A DNA stretch of 63,756 bases, counting the filler, from Rhabdomonas costata (lineage: Eukaryota), in NCBI GenBank assembly GCA_019059605.1. It is 48 parts of 48 records of this genome, joined end to end, with 100 filler letters (N's around TTAATTAATTAA, not from the genome) between each part and the next. Parts side by side here need not be neighbours in the genome. Positions count along the whole stretch, not along the records: positions 23,962 to 25,192 come from JAHMHO010022666.1; positions 25,293 to 26,523 come from JAHMHO010022667.1; positions 26,624 to 27,854 come from JAHMHO010022668.1; positions 27,955 to 29,185 come from JAHMHO010022669.1; positions 29,286 to 30,516 come from JAHMHO010022670.1; positions 30,617 to 31,846 come from JAHMHO010022671.1; positions 31,947 to 33,177 come from JAHMHO010022672.1; positions 33,278 to 34,499 come from JAHMHO010022673.1; 40 more parts are not named here. One strand, 5' to 3'. Below the pieces are notes generated by a model. It ran no database searches and was not told where the DNA came from. It saw only the letters and a list, made by a program, of their open reading frames with translations. How positions within the stretch are numbered: position 1 is the first letter of the stretch; every line of letters begins with the position of its first letter. The position numbers and the translations under genes are program-made. Positions 23,862 to 37,800 of this stretch are shown here, piece by piece.

Positions 23862-25292
23862 NNNNNNNNNNNNNNNNNNNNNNNNNNNNNNNNNNNNNNN
23901 NNNNNTTAATTAATTAANNNNNNNNNNNNNNNNNNNNNNNNNNNNNNNNNNNNNNNNNNNNGTGTTGGGTGTGCTTGGGGGGGGCGAAAAATGTATCTCC
24001 TCGGTGTTTTGCCGTTTTTATCCTTCGTCAGCGATTTAGCGATTTTCATTTGATTGGAAAGCCCTCGCTATCTTTATCTTGTAACTCTGTGTCTTCCGTG
24101 TGCGCCACAGTTGTGGGTTTGAATTTGATTCCTGAAGTTGCTATCACGGAGGACGAGCCGCCAAGGTGTACCCCAAACACACACACATATTGCGTCATTT
24201 CTGATTTGTTGGATTACAGCTGGGGCGGGGCTTCGTCAACCAACCTCTGTTGCCGGTGGGTGGGTGGATCTTCCCAGGCCGGGATCCCATCGGGAAGTAC
24301 CCCCTTGCCCATTGCAAGTTGGGGTACTCCGGAAATGACTCAAGAAGAGCTTTTTTTGGTGAATCCCTATGATAAGTCCCTATGATGATGCATTGATGAC
24401 AGCGAAGATAGCGAAGATAGCGAAGATAAATGTTAAATTTGCTACTTGCGAGTGTGTTCCCGTTCATTTTGATGTTGGCGTGTGTTGCATCCACACCAAA
24501 TTGACAAGAACAAAACAATAATTTCCGCGGTGCGAATGATGTAGAAATGTAAAATGCAAAAAGCTTGGAGAAGGAGAATTGGTAACATGTCTTTGCCATA
24601 GTGATCATCATATGCTTTCGGACTGCCCCTTCCCGTCCCTCTTCGTCCCCTCTGCCTCCCTTCCCTGCCTGCGGTTTCGGATGCGCTCAGCGAGGCCTAT
24701 GAGGGCGTGGCTGAGGCGGAGTCCTCGGGCACCGAGGGCGGGCTCAAGATCCCCACCAGGCCACCTCGGCTGCAACCAAAGGCAATTTCCGCGCACATTC
24801 TGATCGTTGTCCACACGGGCTGTCGCTGTCTGCCTTTCGTTTTGCCGTTCTCTATGGATTCGTAACCCCCACCTCCGTGGCGACAGTGCCAACGCGAAAC
24901 TGCGGAACGCAGTGCATCGTCATCTGGCCTCGTTTTTTTTTGCCACATTGGTCCACACACACAAACACATACAGTCGATTTTGAAACACACACGCACACA
25001 CACCCATCCAAAAGAAAACCTCCAAGGGTCGTTCCCACGAGATAAGGCCCCAGCCCCCCAAGGAAGGAGTGTGGAGTCGCAGAGACCTGAGCAGCAATGA
25101 ATGGAGCAACGCAGTTAGCCGCTGGAAAAGAGCAGCTGCGCGACAATGGCCCGGGACTCGTGGGGCAAAAGGGAGGTCACCAAATGTGGAACNNNNNNNN
25201 NNNNNNNNNNNNNNNNNNNNNNNNNNNNNNNNNNNNTTAATTAATTAANNNNNNNNNNNNNNNNNNNNNNNNNNNNNNNNNNNNNNNNNNNN

Positions 25293-26152
25293 TTGTGGGT
25301 GGTTGTTGGGGTTTCTCCACCTTCAACGACGTATGGCGGAGCTCCGACCCGTTGCGGGGCACGTGGAGCAAAGTGGTTGACCGAGCGCCGTTTTCTCCGC
25401 GATGCGGAATGGGGATCACGACGTTCCAGGGCCGAATCTGGATCGCTGGTGGAACAGTGCACGCGAGCGAGCAAGCCCCTTCCGACGTACGTTTTCACTC
25501 CTTCCCAATGTACCCGGACACGCTTGTTTGCTCTCTTTTTTCGCATGCTTTTTTCGTACGAGCGAGCAGGCTTTGTTGCTTTCTTTTTCGCACGTTTTCT
25601 CTCTGCGCCCCCACCTTGCTCAATCCGGGAGATTCACTTCATCACCTTTTTTCCCTTGTTTTGCTTCCTTCCTTCCTTCCTTCCTTCCTTCCTTCATTCC
25701 CCAAAGATCTCCGATGGTTTAGTTCGTGGAGTCGTCGAGTCAGTGAAGCATGGGGAAGGGAACACAATCTAGTGTTTCCGTTTTATTCACGGTTGCTTCT
25801 CCCTGTTTCCTTGACGATATATTTCCCTGGTCATTCAGGGCCGGTCGAACCGGAACCAACCTGATCAATCCTTGACTTCTTCGTAAAACCTTACGTTCTG
25901 GCCCACCAGCCTCACTGAGCTGAGCAGCTGTGGTGTTCTCCGTGGGCTGTCACTCCATCCCTAACCCCAAGTTCAGAAAAACTACTCCCACCCAATCCAC
26001 AACCCAAGGTTTGGAGCACTGCGGATGGCCAAAAGTGGAGCCTGGCCGTGGCCGCAGCCCCTTTCTCCAGCCGTTCCGCGATGGCGCTGCAGCCGTTCCA
26101 GGGGCAGCTCTTTCTGCTGGGGGGATTCACCGTCGAGGGTCCATCTGCGGAG
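25293..26152 (+). CDS. Kelch-type beta-propeller protein (partial)
   Basis: Exons <25293-25486 and 26009-26152 each carry a (N)DVW.S.D...W......APFS.R..M....FQG.....GG repeat. Confidence 0.8.
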
Positions 26153-26623
26153 GTGTTGATCCTTTCCTCCTCATCTCGCTTTTCTTGTTGCCATCTTCAT
26201 GTCATGTCCGGCATTAGTGCTAGCTGGCGCCATAAATGGGTTGGCTGTGTGATAATGCCTGAATAAAAAATATTTGATGGATCAGGATCTGTGCCATACT
26301 CACACGAACGTGTTTGAGTCCGACGCGAAAAGAACAACTCGAATTCTAAGGAGTTCTCAGCTCTACGGTAGCTACCCAACTTTAATCCTCATGAGTGGCG
26401 AGTATGGCGCTTGCGAGATTGGTGAGTGGAACCTCCCAACTTCTCAGGCTGCAAATGCGCTTTCTCTTACTCCCATCAGCAACGAGTACAAGAAGGTTTT
26501 TTTTCGCATCGAGTTAAGTCGCANNNNNNNNNNNNNNNNNNNNNNNNNNNNNNNNNNNNNNNNNNNNTTAATTAATTAANNNNNNNNNNNNNNNNNNNNN
26601 NNNNNNNNNNNNNNNNNNNNNNN

Positions 26624-27575
26624 ACTTCGCCGCCTTCTGCCGCGCCCTCTGCGGAACTCTCTGAGGTGCACGTTTTGGTGGTGGAGCAGCTGACGGGGGT
26701 GCAGCTGGTGGGGCCCTCCTCAGCTCACCCCGGGGAGGTCGTGGTGGTCAGTGTGTTGGCACAGGCGCAGCACCCTCTCTTCCGAGAGCCGGTATGGTGG
26801 GGAGCTGCAGGGAGCTTTCATTGCTGTGACTTGGTGTCTTGGAGCCAATGAGAGTTGGTTGTTCTGGCCGGAAAGTTTTCCCACCGGGATCCGTGGACAG
26901 GGTTACAGAGCATTGCTTTGGATTCCCTTGGAGCAGGTGGGTTGGGATTTGGATCTGGAAGAAATGGGAGGCTGCTTGGCGAAAAGTTGTATTCATTCCG
27001 ATCAGAAAAGCGAAAAAAAAAAGGTGAAAAATTCATTCCTGGAAAAGGAAAAGCGTTCTTTCAGCCGGCTGTCATAGCGTGTTTTTGTCTCTTTCTGAGG
27101 GACTGTGAAATATTGCCGCGGTGCGTTGATAAAACTTTGCGGTGTGCAGGTACTGATCGGGTCGATGTTCTTCGTAGACGACCTGACCACTCTGAAGTGG
27201 GAGGTGGAGTCAGGCCCCATGGAGGCCCTTCCCTTGGAGAACTCACCGGGGCAACATCTCTCGGTGTGCATGGCTCATTTTTACCTCATTTTTACCGATA
27301 CACATATGTCAGTGTCGTTCTGAATTGCATCTGAAATATGCAACGATGCAGGTGCCAACAAACTTCACTTTTACTTTAAACAACCCTACCGGTGAGCTTT
27401 CTCTTCTACCGTTCAACACTCCGAACCGCATGGAGTAGTCAATTGACAACTTGTGCACAGACATTATCACGCAGACTGAGCACAGCTTTCTCTCCTTTCC
27501 CCAGGGTTCCTTCCGTGCAACCGGCCTGGGGAAGGCTGTGGTTTCCGTCACCGTGGAGCTGCCCCGCCCGCAAAG
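26624..27575 (+). CDS. Beta-rich (Ig-like) protein, possibly Nup210/gp210-like (partial)
   Basis: Three in-phase exons (<26624-26791, 27150-27263, 27505-27575) with motifs such as LKWEV and FRATGLGKAVVSVTV; the family assignment is tentative. Confidence 0.4.
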
Positions 27576-28103
27576 GCAGAGCCCTTTGCACGCCTGGCTG
27601 GAGATTACCATCACCTCCTCACTGCTGTGCTGTTCTCACCAGAGCGCAGGCCCGCAGCCCGACTCACCCGCAGGCATCTGCTCTTTCCCCTCGACTTTGT
27701 GCACCAAAATGGTCCTTCCGGGCCATCTTCGGTGCCCTTTGAACTTCGTTTGAACTGGAGACGTCCACAGTCATACAGAAGTGCGGCGGAGGCACGGCAG
27801 GCATGCCTGGTTCAAATTTGTCCGCAAAAATTAGAAAGATAAAATACCAACCCCNNNNNNNNNNNNNNNNNNNNNNNNNNNNNNNNNNNNNNNNNNNNTT
27901 AATTAATTAANNNNNNNNNNNNNNNNNNNNNNNNNNNNNNNNNNNNNNNNNNNNGTTTTTTTATGCAGCAGGCATCGAAACGCAGCGTAGATGTTCTTGG
28001 GCTCTTGGTGTCGTTACGTGTGGTGTGTGGTGATTACATGTATAAACCAGGGGGCTCTCGTTGCCTTTCGAATGGATTGATGGCACACCATGTGCGGTTC
28101 CAG

Positions 28104-28824
28104 GAGCACACGGGGGCTCTGGCGAAGGCGAAGGCTGAGCTCGCCGCGGCCCAGCAGCGGGCGACTACTGCGGAGACCTCCTTGGCAGAGCGGGAGCGCG
28201 CCCTCAGTGGTCTGGAGGGTGCCCAGAAGGTCTCTCCTTCGGTCGTTTCTGTTACTTCTTTCTCTTGAAGAAGAATGAACTGCAAAAAGAGCTCATTTAG
28301 GATCTGCTGGCACTCTACCTGCAGTATTAGTAATTACCAATATCCAATACACCAGCCGTGTCACCCTGCCTTTTCTCATTCGTTCTTTGTTCTTCTATTT
28401 TCAGCTCGGTATAATCGCCAAGTTCTGTTGGTTTGAAAATTAGTTCCCTCCCGTAGACACGCTTCGCCACAAAACCGGCGTTTGCTCAAGCTCTTGCGGC
28501 CGTCTCTGGCGTTCCCATTCCCTTTTGTGCCCGCGGCCTCTTTTCAGGGACAGACGGAGGAGCTGACGAGCCTCAGAGCGGAGAACGCCACCCTGCAGGA
28601 GGGCTTGGCCGAAGTCAAGCAGGAGCTGATGCTTCTTAAGATGGAAAGCGGGGTATGCTCCGTATTGCTTCCCATTATTCTCTCCTCAGCGGGAATGGAT
28701 GGTTTCTGCGAACAGCGGTTTGTTCTGGTTGAACAATGCCTATGGATATTTCTCTTCGATGGCACGTTTTTTTTTGTGTGTGTGTGTGTTTAGCTTTTGC
28801 ACAGGAAGCGTCAGGTCTTGAGAG
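28104..28824 (+). CDS. Coiled-coil protein (partial)
   Basis: Exons 28104-28229, 28548-28652 and 28805-28824, GT-AG, rich in E/L/A heptads. Confidence 0.65.
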
Positions 28825-30888
28825 GTAATGGGTGAAACTCGCGTCCATGGGGCTCGGCGTCGAAGGTTGAGATTCCCTTTTCTTCAAGAGAGGGCACTAA
28901 CAGCCTACGCCAACAACAGGCAGGCTGGAGCGCGGAATGGAAAAGAGAAACCGGGATGGGTTGGGGTGAGGACAGGGCGCAGTTCAGTAGAGTAAGAGCT
29001 GGAAGAGTAACTAGCAGGGGCGGAAGCTGAAAATGGACGATCGTTGTGGGTTCGGTCTGGTTTGGGGAGCCCACCCCTCAATATCCAGGGTGGATAGTGG
29101 CCGCTATCCTGCTGGATCGTGGTCACTATCCAACTTTAGTTGATATTAGAGGAAGGAATGCCCAAGGGTCAGCATCGGGTTAGAGNNNNNNNNNNNNNNN
29201 NNNNNNNNNNNNNNNNNNNNNNNNNNNNNTTAATTAATTAANNNNNNNNNNNNNNNNNNNNNNNNNNNNNNNNNNNNNNNNNNNNATATAGCTTTTTGAA
29301 ACGCGCAACACATGAAAGGAAGTCCGGGGCTTTGCCTCATGCGTCCCACGCGTTCCACACGGAGAAGCCCCCAACAGCCTTGGAAAAGAAGAAGTGGTGG
29401 AGAGCCTCCGTCGCGGCGGTGGGAAACGCCAAACCCGAAGTTCTCGGTGAAGAAACGGGTGAAGAAACGGCGCATGGGCCGAGGAGCTGCGCGCTTCCTC
29501 CCGCAAACCCGGAAGGTCCACCAGAGGCCCCCGTGCCGCCCAAAATAAAAGACGCCTCAAGCCCAAGCAGAGGGTGTTTTCACCAAAGATCCGGCTAAAG
29601 CCGGACCGCTGATTTCATAGGGCGCGGCCGCCCAACACCAAGGCAAAACAATAAAGCCAGCGGCATTCCGTTAACATTCACTTCCCGCGGCGCCTTTCAT
29701 TCCCCCCACCCGGGGCCATCACTTATTATTTCCTGGTATATTATGTTTTGAGTTTGTGTTTATCTGGAGGATTTCAATTTATACTCCGGCTCGACGGGCT
29801 GGATCGATGTGCCTTCCTATTCCCGGTTTCTTGACAAGGTTTTCGTGACAAGGATTCTTGACAAGGCGAATAACAGACAAAAAAAGCAAACACAAGCCGG
29901 GCAAGAAATGCGAAATGCCGCCTTTGTGGAATGGATGGGGCGTCTGGGATTCAATTGCTTCTTCTCCGGCTTCGCAAGAGGAGCCCTCAAAGGTGGACAT
30001 GGGGCTCAACAAGAAGGGTTCGTCAGTAAAAGGTGCCTTGGTCCAGGTTTCCAGCTACGCCAACAGTAGCGCCCAAATTTCCATGAACACACATCGGGTG
30101 TGACGAACTGCAAACGTCAGTTGGGGGGCGGGCAGTGATCAGCGATTGCGTTGTTTTTTCCCATGGGCTCTTGCGTGATTGGTTGACCTGCATTCTGTTC
30201 TACCTGAAGCTAGGGCTATCAGGCGGCTAGATCAAAAGCCCTTTTCCAACAGTGCCCCCGTCTTAGCGTTCCATAGTCGTTAAAAAAACAACGGATGCCT
30301 CCAGTGCGGCATATTCAGTTTTAATATGTTTAGCTTTTGGTCCCAAGGGTCAGCGTGGAAGTACGGAACAGCAAGCAGCACACTAATCTTTTACCCAAAA
30401 TTTCTACAAACTCATGGTCCCGAAGTAAATAAGTGGATTGGAGAAGTGGCTATGATTGGTGATAGTTGAAGGCAATGCAGGCCTCACAGTACTCATTGTC
30501 AATTTGCCCAACCACCNNNNNNNNNNNNNNNNNNNNNNNNNNNNNNNNNNNNNNNNNNNNTTAATTAATTAANNNNNNNNNNNNNNNNNNNNNNNNNNNN
30601 NNNNNNNNNNNNNNNNTGATTGTAATCAAAGACAGGTACTTGGTGTATACCACGGTAAGCCCCGGCAGCGCTCAACGCGCGTCACAGGCGTTTGTCAGCG
30701 TGATCCCCAAGCCGGGTCCGCAGTCCTGTACCTACAGGGGCAGGTAAGTGGCCAGGCATGGTCTTTTCATGGTTTTTTGTTTGCTGGAAATTTTTGGTTT
30801 CTGTCAGTTCTTCCGCCAGTTCTCCGGCAAAAAAAGTTTAGTATTTTTATCTTCTTGTCACATTGTGTGCTGCCAGTGGTTTTGGCAG

Positions 30889-31311
30889 TTTATCACACTC
30901 CAACTATGCTGCGGGAACTCTTACGTGGCTGCTACCTCTTTGGGCTGTCGTGCCTCTGGATCCCACTCTGGACTGTATGCCGATCTTGCCTGCACAAGGC
31001 GGGAGCTGCCTCGGCTTACCTAGGTGTCTTGGCACCTAGAACGTGGCGGAGGTCTCTTCCGTTTGTCCGTGGGTCGCTCTGGTGGTGCTTTCTGCTGGAA
31101 GTCACATTTCTGAAACGTATGCGTTGGTATCAACCACTTTTTGCCACTTTGGCGACATCCGGAGACACAAATATGCAGACCATGGTGGATCAGGATGCTT
31201 TGTGGCTCGTGAAGGCTGCTTTGGGCACAGCGGTGGTCTCTTGTCAGTGCCTTTGTGCCCACAACTTCAGGGCTGTGGAGATGTTTTGCTGTGCGGGTAT
31301 CGCCGCTTATG
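30889..31311 (+). CDS. Exon of an unknown, probably membrane, protein
   Basis: AG/GT-bounded part of the 209-aa ORF at 30777-31406. Confidence 0.35.
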
Positions 31312-33039
31312 GTTTATGCCATTCCCCAATATCACACCCAAAAAAGGCTGTGAAAGTGGCACGCGACCGCACACACACACACACTGTCCTGTGTTCACCG
31401 CACTAACAACACACACTTTTCCACCATCTCCATCTGTTTGTGCCTCGTGTATCTCCACGGATCTCGTCTGCTGTTTCTCTATGGTTCTTCCACCTAGTCA
31501 GGGCGAATTCTTGAAACCTACCTGACCTGTAAAAACCTAATAGAAAGGTAAGGATGCAACTTTCTTCCCCCGTAACCCTTGAACACACCCTGTTATTTCT
31601 AATGCGGTCGTTAGTGTTCTGACCACCTTCCATGTGACTCCCTCCATTTGCCTGGCTCTCTGCCTCGCCCGCGGTTTTCCACACTGTCTCTCTGCTGGTC
31701 TTACCTCTCTCACCTGGCCATTCTCTGCTCGCCTTCTAGCCCTCTGGTTGATGTATAGCCGGAATTGGCTCACGAGTGGGCAACTTCTGTCCAGTTTACC
31801 GTTGAAAAAATGGCACTCTAAAAACCACACCACCCACACCCACCACNNNNNNNNNNNNNNNNNNNNNNNNNNNNNNNNNNNNNNNNNNNNTTAATTAATT
31901 AANNNNNNNNNNNNNNNNNNNNNNNNNNNNNNNNNNNNNNNNNNNNCTGTGGTTTGTACTGGTTCCTTCTTTTATTGCAGCAAAGCGCATACATACGGGG
32001 CGTGTTTCGTTTATGCATTTGTGCAGGTCTTTCCTACGAGCGTTTGGACAGAGCAGGGGCCTTTAATTTCTTGTGGAGCTCTCGCTAAGCTTCTTCTATG
32101 GCCCAGTGAGGTTGTTGTGGAAGAGAATGGCTCGTGGTCCCAGGTTTGTCTTTCTCCGAAGTTGGACTCAATACGAAGGGAGGAGTTGTTGCATTCTCTA
32201 ATTGTATGTATCTCACCACATCTCTGCGGAAGCTTCAGGAAGTTTCAGTTTGGAGTCTTTCTATGTCGGCGGCGCGATCGGGCTCCTGGATCCAGTTCAG
32301 CGATTTCTCTCTGGTTTGAGTCCTTGTTTTTCTTCCTTTTTCATTTGGACAACTGCAGAGGATTGCCGTTTTTCGAACTTTATTGTGCTCTTCATGTTCT
32401 CTTTTCTTTGTGAATCTCGAAGTGGTAACGGAATGATGTCTTCCTTCGTGTCACCTCAACTTTTCCTTTGTGTGTGTGCGTGGAAAAGGACGATTATCGT
32501 GATCCACAAAGATGCGCTGTTTGGGTGAATAAGGCCAAATGAAGACAGCCTCCATGGCAACCGCTTTTGAATGCCGACAGAGATGTGCCAAAGATCACAA
32601 GTTTTCATGCGCATCATATTACTGCTGTTACTTCTTGAACTTCCGTGTTCTGCAATTTCGAAACTATTGATCCTATTTTTCGCACGGCCTTGAACTGAGC
32701 AGGAACATTGGCATTGTTGACTCCCAAATCTTCCTTGGCACTGCTGCTCTCTTTCTGCAGAGTTGAGCACTTCCCTCGTTGCAGTGTATTTTATGGTTTG
32801 ACGTTCTCAGTAAACTTAATGGCAGGGAACCTGTGATGGTTGCGTGTAAGTGTTGGGGCGTGCCAAGGACCCCAAGTGAGACTCCTCGATTTCGCGATGC
32901 ACCCAACGCTGTACGATGTACTCCCCTGCAGCATATTACCACCTGCTCCGAAAGCTATTCCGGTAACCGATGCCGCGCTGAAGGCCAGGATGGAATACCC
33001 AGTGCCCTCGCCTCGCCCACCCCTCAGCTTGAAGAGGAT

Positions 33040-33177
33040 GGTCCGGTCTGCTCATTCTGTGGAGTACGCCGCGGCTTGCAGAAAGCACTTCACTCGTGGG
33101 TGTACTCGGGGTTCACCGTTCTGGTGATTCTTACCAACACTGCCTTCCTGTGTGCCTTCGACAACACCAACCCCACC
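33040..33177 (+). CDS. Possible voltage-gated cation channel, pre-S1/S1 segment
   Basis: VRRGLQKALHSWVYSGFTVLVILTNTAFLCAFD resembles the RR.C..I.....F...I...IL.N..FLA motif of Cav/Nav repeats. Confidence 0.45.
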
Positions 33178-33991
33178 NNNNNNNNNNNNNNNNNNNNNNN
33201 NNNNNNNNNNNNNNNNNNNNNTTAATTAATTAANNNNNNNNNNNNNNNNNNNNNNNNNNNNNNNNNNNNNNNNNNNNGTGTTGGGTGTGGTTGGTTTTGT
33301 TTGTTATAATGTTAAAACAAAAAGACCAAAATGAAATAAAATTGATGTGGTGTTACCATGGGGACTTTGCTACCAGGGGGTTTGGGAATTGTCAGAAATG
33401 CTGCTGCATTTCTGAGATGGTGGTTGCTTTCGAAAGTTCCCACATGCAAGCGCCCACAAAAGCATGATGGTGAAAGAAAATTCTTCCGCGAGACAATAAA
33501 CCTGCACATCACAGGAGCACGTATGCTTTTGCAAGTATGAGCAGTCTTTGTGTAATGTGTGGGTGATGATAATTGCGCTTCGTTCGTTATGGCTGGGGCC
33601 ATTTTACACATCGCACTTTCTATTCATTGGAAGATCATTAAATTACGGTCGCCACTATGATCTACAGGTGCTTCACGCAAGGTTGGGCAACTGATTATGC
33701 TGGGGGAAGGGGGTGATCGGTCGCCAAAAAACTGGTGAAAAACTAAGCCAGCGTTCCCGAAAGGAATTATTTTACCCTTTGGGGTTGGATGAGGCTAATC
33801 ACACATGTTGGCCGGCTGCTAGTCCTTGACGGGTGATTAAGGTAGGTTTGGTTTTGGAGCCAGAAGCCGCTGCGTGGAGGCCCTTCTCCGATGGTGTCAG
33901 AGATGATGCCGGGGGAACCTGCCAGTCGTTGCGGCAGTTATAGGTCATTGGCGAGCCGATTGCTCAACTTGTCTCTCCTTTCTTGCCGTAG

Positions 33992-34294
33992 CACTCGGAC
34001 CGTCCTGTGCGCTTCGTGAGCTCCCACCTGTGGCCCCGGATCTACTCCGCGGCAACCCCGGCGGAGCTCCGGAGGGTCGCCGAGACGTGGCTACGAAAGG
34101 AGCGCCTGTGGGACACTCCTCTGCTGGCGATGCCCGTGAACAAGCCGGGCAGCCACCACTGGCAGCTGCTGCTTGTGATGGGGCTGCCCTCCCTGGCCAG
34201 TGCGGTGGCTCGAGGAGGTGCGGGGGGTGGCATCTCAGCGGCGAAGATGGTGCTGCTGTGCTCCCGAGGAGGCACCCTTGCTGAACCCCAAAAG
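33992..34294 (+). CDS. Ulp1/SENP-like (peptidase C48) domain exon
   Basis: FVSSHLW…WLRKERLWDTPLLAMPVNKPGSHHWQLLLV matches the C48 W.....F.....+P+N....HW.L motif; AG/GT-bounded. Confidence 0.7.
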
Positions 34295-34719
34295 GTCTTT
34301 TCTCAAAAAGGAGGATTTATGGGTTTGACGTGGATTCCTGCATTCTGGAGAGAAAAGACTTCAATTGTTTTTTCAGCAGAAGGGTGTTTGGTGGGTCCGC
34401 TGGTCTCGAAGGTAAGTTGTGATCGAAAAATCATCTGGACAGCCGGCGATTGGACTATTGAGGCACCTTATAAGTGCATTTCCGCCCCACCCCAACCCCN
34501 NNNNNNNNNNNNNNNNNNNNNNNNNNNNNNNNNNNNNNNNNNNTTAATTAATTAANNNNNNNNNNNNNNNNNNNNNNNNNNNNNNNNNNNNNNNNNNNNG
34601 TGGTTGGAGGAAACTTGGCAACTCAGTTTTTTTACAATGGAAATGTTAGCCATTCGTTGTGGACCTTGGTCCAGTGGTTTGGTGTACAATTAATGAAAGT
34701 AACTGCGGGAGACACACAC

Positions 34720-34837
34720 CAGAATTACAATCGCAGGGGTGACAAGGAGCTTCATCATCTGGTACACTCCGATGGAGTTCAGTTTCAAAGAAAGGTTATT
34801 CAACGGAGTGTCGATCCCCACCACAAAGCACAGCACC
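34720..34837 (-). CDS. Nucleotide-sugar/TPT-family transporter exon (SLC35E3/UXT-like)
   Basis: VLCFVVGIDTPLNNLSLKLNSIGVYQMMKLLVTPAIVIL matches the NLSL..NS.G.YQ..K....P motif. Confidence 0.8.
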
Positions 34838-37800
34838 CTGCGCGGATCCGGCAAGAAAGCGGTGGTTCAACATGCGTCGAGCGCTGTGGGTTCTGAAGGA
34901 TTCCGCTTCGCAATACTCTCCAAACATCTTACGTGTGTGTGCATGTGAGTATTGGGCACATAGCCCGCTGTCTGCTGTCTACTTGACCGTAAAAAACAAA
35001 AGAGGGCCTTGGCCTCCAAAAACAACAACAACAACAACAGAAAAACAAAAAAGTAAGGTCGACAAGATCTTCAACCAGGACGAGTGCGAGATGACTGTGG
35101 AGGAAGCGGGCAGAACGAGAGAGAGAGAGAGCAGAGGGGGATGTACATGATCACTGATCACCAACGAGGACGACCACGAGATGGCCAAGCACACGGAGTG
35201 ACAGTGCGAGTAAACAGGAGCAGAGGATGCAAGCCGTCCCTGGGGACGCTAAAGGCGTAGAGGGGAGCCCCGACAAGTCTCCCCGATCGAAGCCACCAGA
35301 TTCGAGAACCCAAGTCATTAAGGATGAACAGAGATTGCCTCAAAGGCAACCACTCGTGCGGGCAGGGCCCAGATCCAGAGCGAGACAGACGCCATGCACC
35401 CCCCCTCCCCGATACCCCCAATGAATGACGGCCGACGCCTGAAGCGTGCGGGGGAGAGGAATGACGAGCAGAGCGGAGAGAGCCCCACAAAGGAAGAGCG
35501 AGAAAAAATGGGAATGGCTGGAATGGACCGAGCGAGAGACGGAAAGAGTGGAGAAAGCGATAGTGAGACACTGCGGAGAGCACCACGGGCACGAATGGGC
35601 ACAGTGGATATGGGAGCAAGAGAGAGAAAGAGAAGAGCGGCGGCGACGGCAGCAGCAAAGACAGAGCGACCAAGAGAGGAGAGCTGCAATGGGCGGCAAC
35701 AGATGAAGCAGAGGTGGGTCGGATGCCGTGGAAACCAAGCGGCACCAAGCGATGAACAGGAGCAGCCGAAAAAGCGATATATGAATATAAAAACATAATA
35801 ACATGAGAAGGATGGAAGGGAAACAACAACNNNNNNNNNNNNNNNNNNNNNNNNNNNNNNNNNNNNNNNNNNNNTTAATTAATTAANNNNNNNNNNNNNN
35901 NNNNNNNNNNNNNNNNNNNNNNNNNNNNNNACCTCCGTTCCCTCCACTGAAGAAGCTCAGACCCAACCACCCTCGTCTGCCCGCCTCCGGCAGCAGAGCC
36001 GATGTGGAAGGGGCTGCTCGAGACTCAGGCACCTGCTGGCCGTGTCGTCCAAAAGCAACAAGGACAGTGAACATTGGGGGGGCGCTGCAAATGTGGTTTT
36101 TGTCCGTACAAACAGTTCCAGAGCGCATGTTTACCATTTGCCAGTAGTGTCCATGACCGACATTTGATCCATTCCACTCAGAGTGAGAGTTGAGGGAGAG
36201 GGAAAATACCTTCAATTTCAGCGTGTGAGTTGCGTCAGTTACTGTGGCAATGTGAACCTGCGTCCCTGCGCCCATGTCCGCCCACCACCACGGACACGCA
36301 TCTGATTGTATGACCACCCTTGTGCTTGTGTGTGTGTGATTATTGTCTTGAATCTGGATACAAAGGATCCGTCCCGAAGGTCATACCAGCCGCGGTGTGG
36401 CCATTGTGCAGGCAAGTCGATCGTACATGTGCGCATCTAGGTCGAGAGCAGCCCGAGTTGAGCAGGGCACCGCAAGCCCACACCACGCTGGGGAGCTTCC
36501 GGGGCTCTCTCGGCCAGCCAACTATGAGCTTTTTTTAACAACAACAACGTCACTTGTGCTGGCACCAGACTGGCCCAAAAGTGGTCACGGTGGTGGTGGG
36601 GTGCTGCGCAAAGCTGAGGGCTTGAATGGTTCATATACTCAGGTGCCGCACCTGCTCGGAAAGTGTGGGGGGTGGGGGTGGCTCCTCTGTCGGCCTCCAC
36701 TGCGGGTCAGGCTCAGAAGAATTAGCGGGTAAAAAGAAGAGGTGGGTTCCGGTACACAGTAGGGTAATGAAAAAAGAAAGAGGTGCGGGGACGGAATACG
36801 TCAATATATCAAGGGCAACACCCCCGGCAGGCCATTACTGTCAGCGGGGCCCTCCTACCTGCACCCTTCCGCCCCGTGCCCACCCAACAAACCACAAACC
36901 CGTGCGGTTACTGACCGCAGTCCTTCCTGGGGGGGCTGAGCAAGGGAATAACACATTTCAAAAAGGGAAAGGTATTTCAGAAAAGCTGCCAAACATTTGT
37001 TCACTTTGAAATTTTCGTTCAGTTGGGTACATTTTATTTCGCGTTTTTCTCTAATTCCTACCTATTACCGTCAGGGATTTTTTTGCACAAGAGTCACTGT
37101 GGGGCAAAGGGCCGAGTGGTGTCCGACCGATAGCGCGAGACTCTTGTGCAACAAAAACNNNNNNNNNNNNNNNNNNNNNNNNNNNNNNNNNNNNNNNNNN
37201 NNTTAATTAATTAANNNNNNNNNNNNNNNNNNNNNNNNNNNNNNNNNNNNNNNNNNNNATTCACTTAAAGTTGGCTAATTAAAGGTACCGCTATGTACAC
37301 ACTGACACTGTTTTAAACATATTTGGACCAGTTTTCTTTTTCAGCGTTGTTCATTTGCAGTGTTAAAGTTCTGTGCATACAAAAGGCTAAGTAAATGTTT
37401 TTGTTTTAATGCTTGCTTGTGTTTGTTTGTTTAGATGTTAGATGATAATTCGGTTCCAAAAGATAAGCGCTGGGCAAAAAATCCGGCAATAAAAATGAAA
37501 AAAGTCCTTTCAGACATTTAGGTTCACAGTGCAATGGCGAAGCTTCGGCTTCAATAAAAGTCGTTTTGAAGATGACATGGGCGTGTTTCGTGTGGACGGA
37601 GTGCACATTCAACGTCAAACAACAGCTGACACATTGACTTCTTTGATTTAGCGCCGTTGAGCCCTAAACGCAGCGCCGGCACTGCTCCGAAGAAAGTCTC
37701 AGTTTACGGGGGAGCCTACTTTACTATTATATACAATGGATGTGGGCAAAGTTCAAACCACGCATAACATATGTTGTGGTGCGGGAATCAGATTGGTTAG

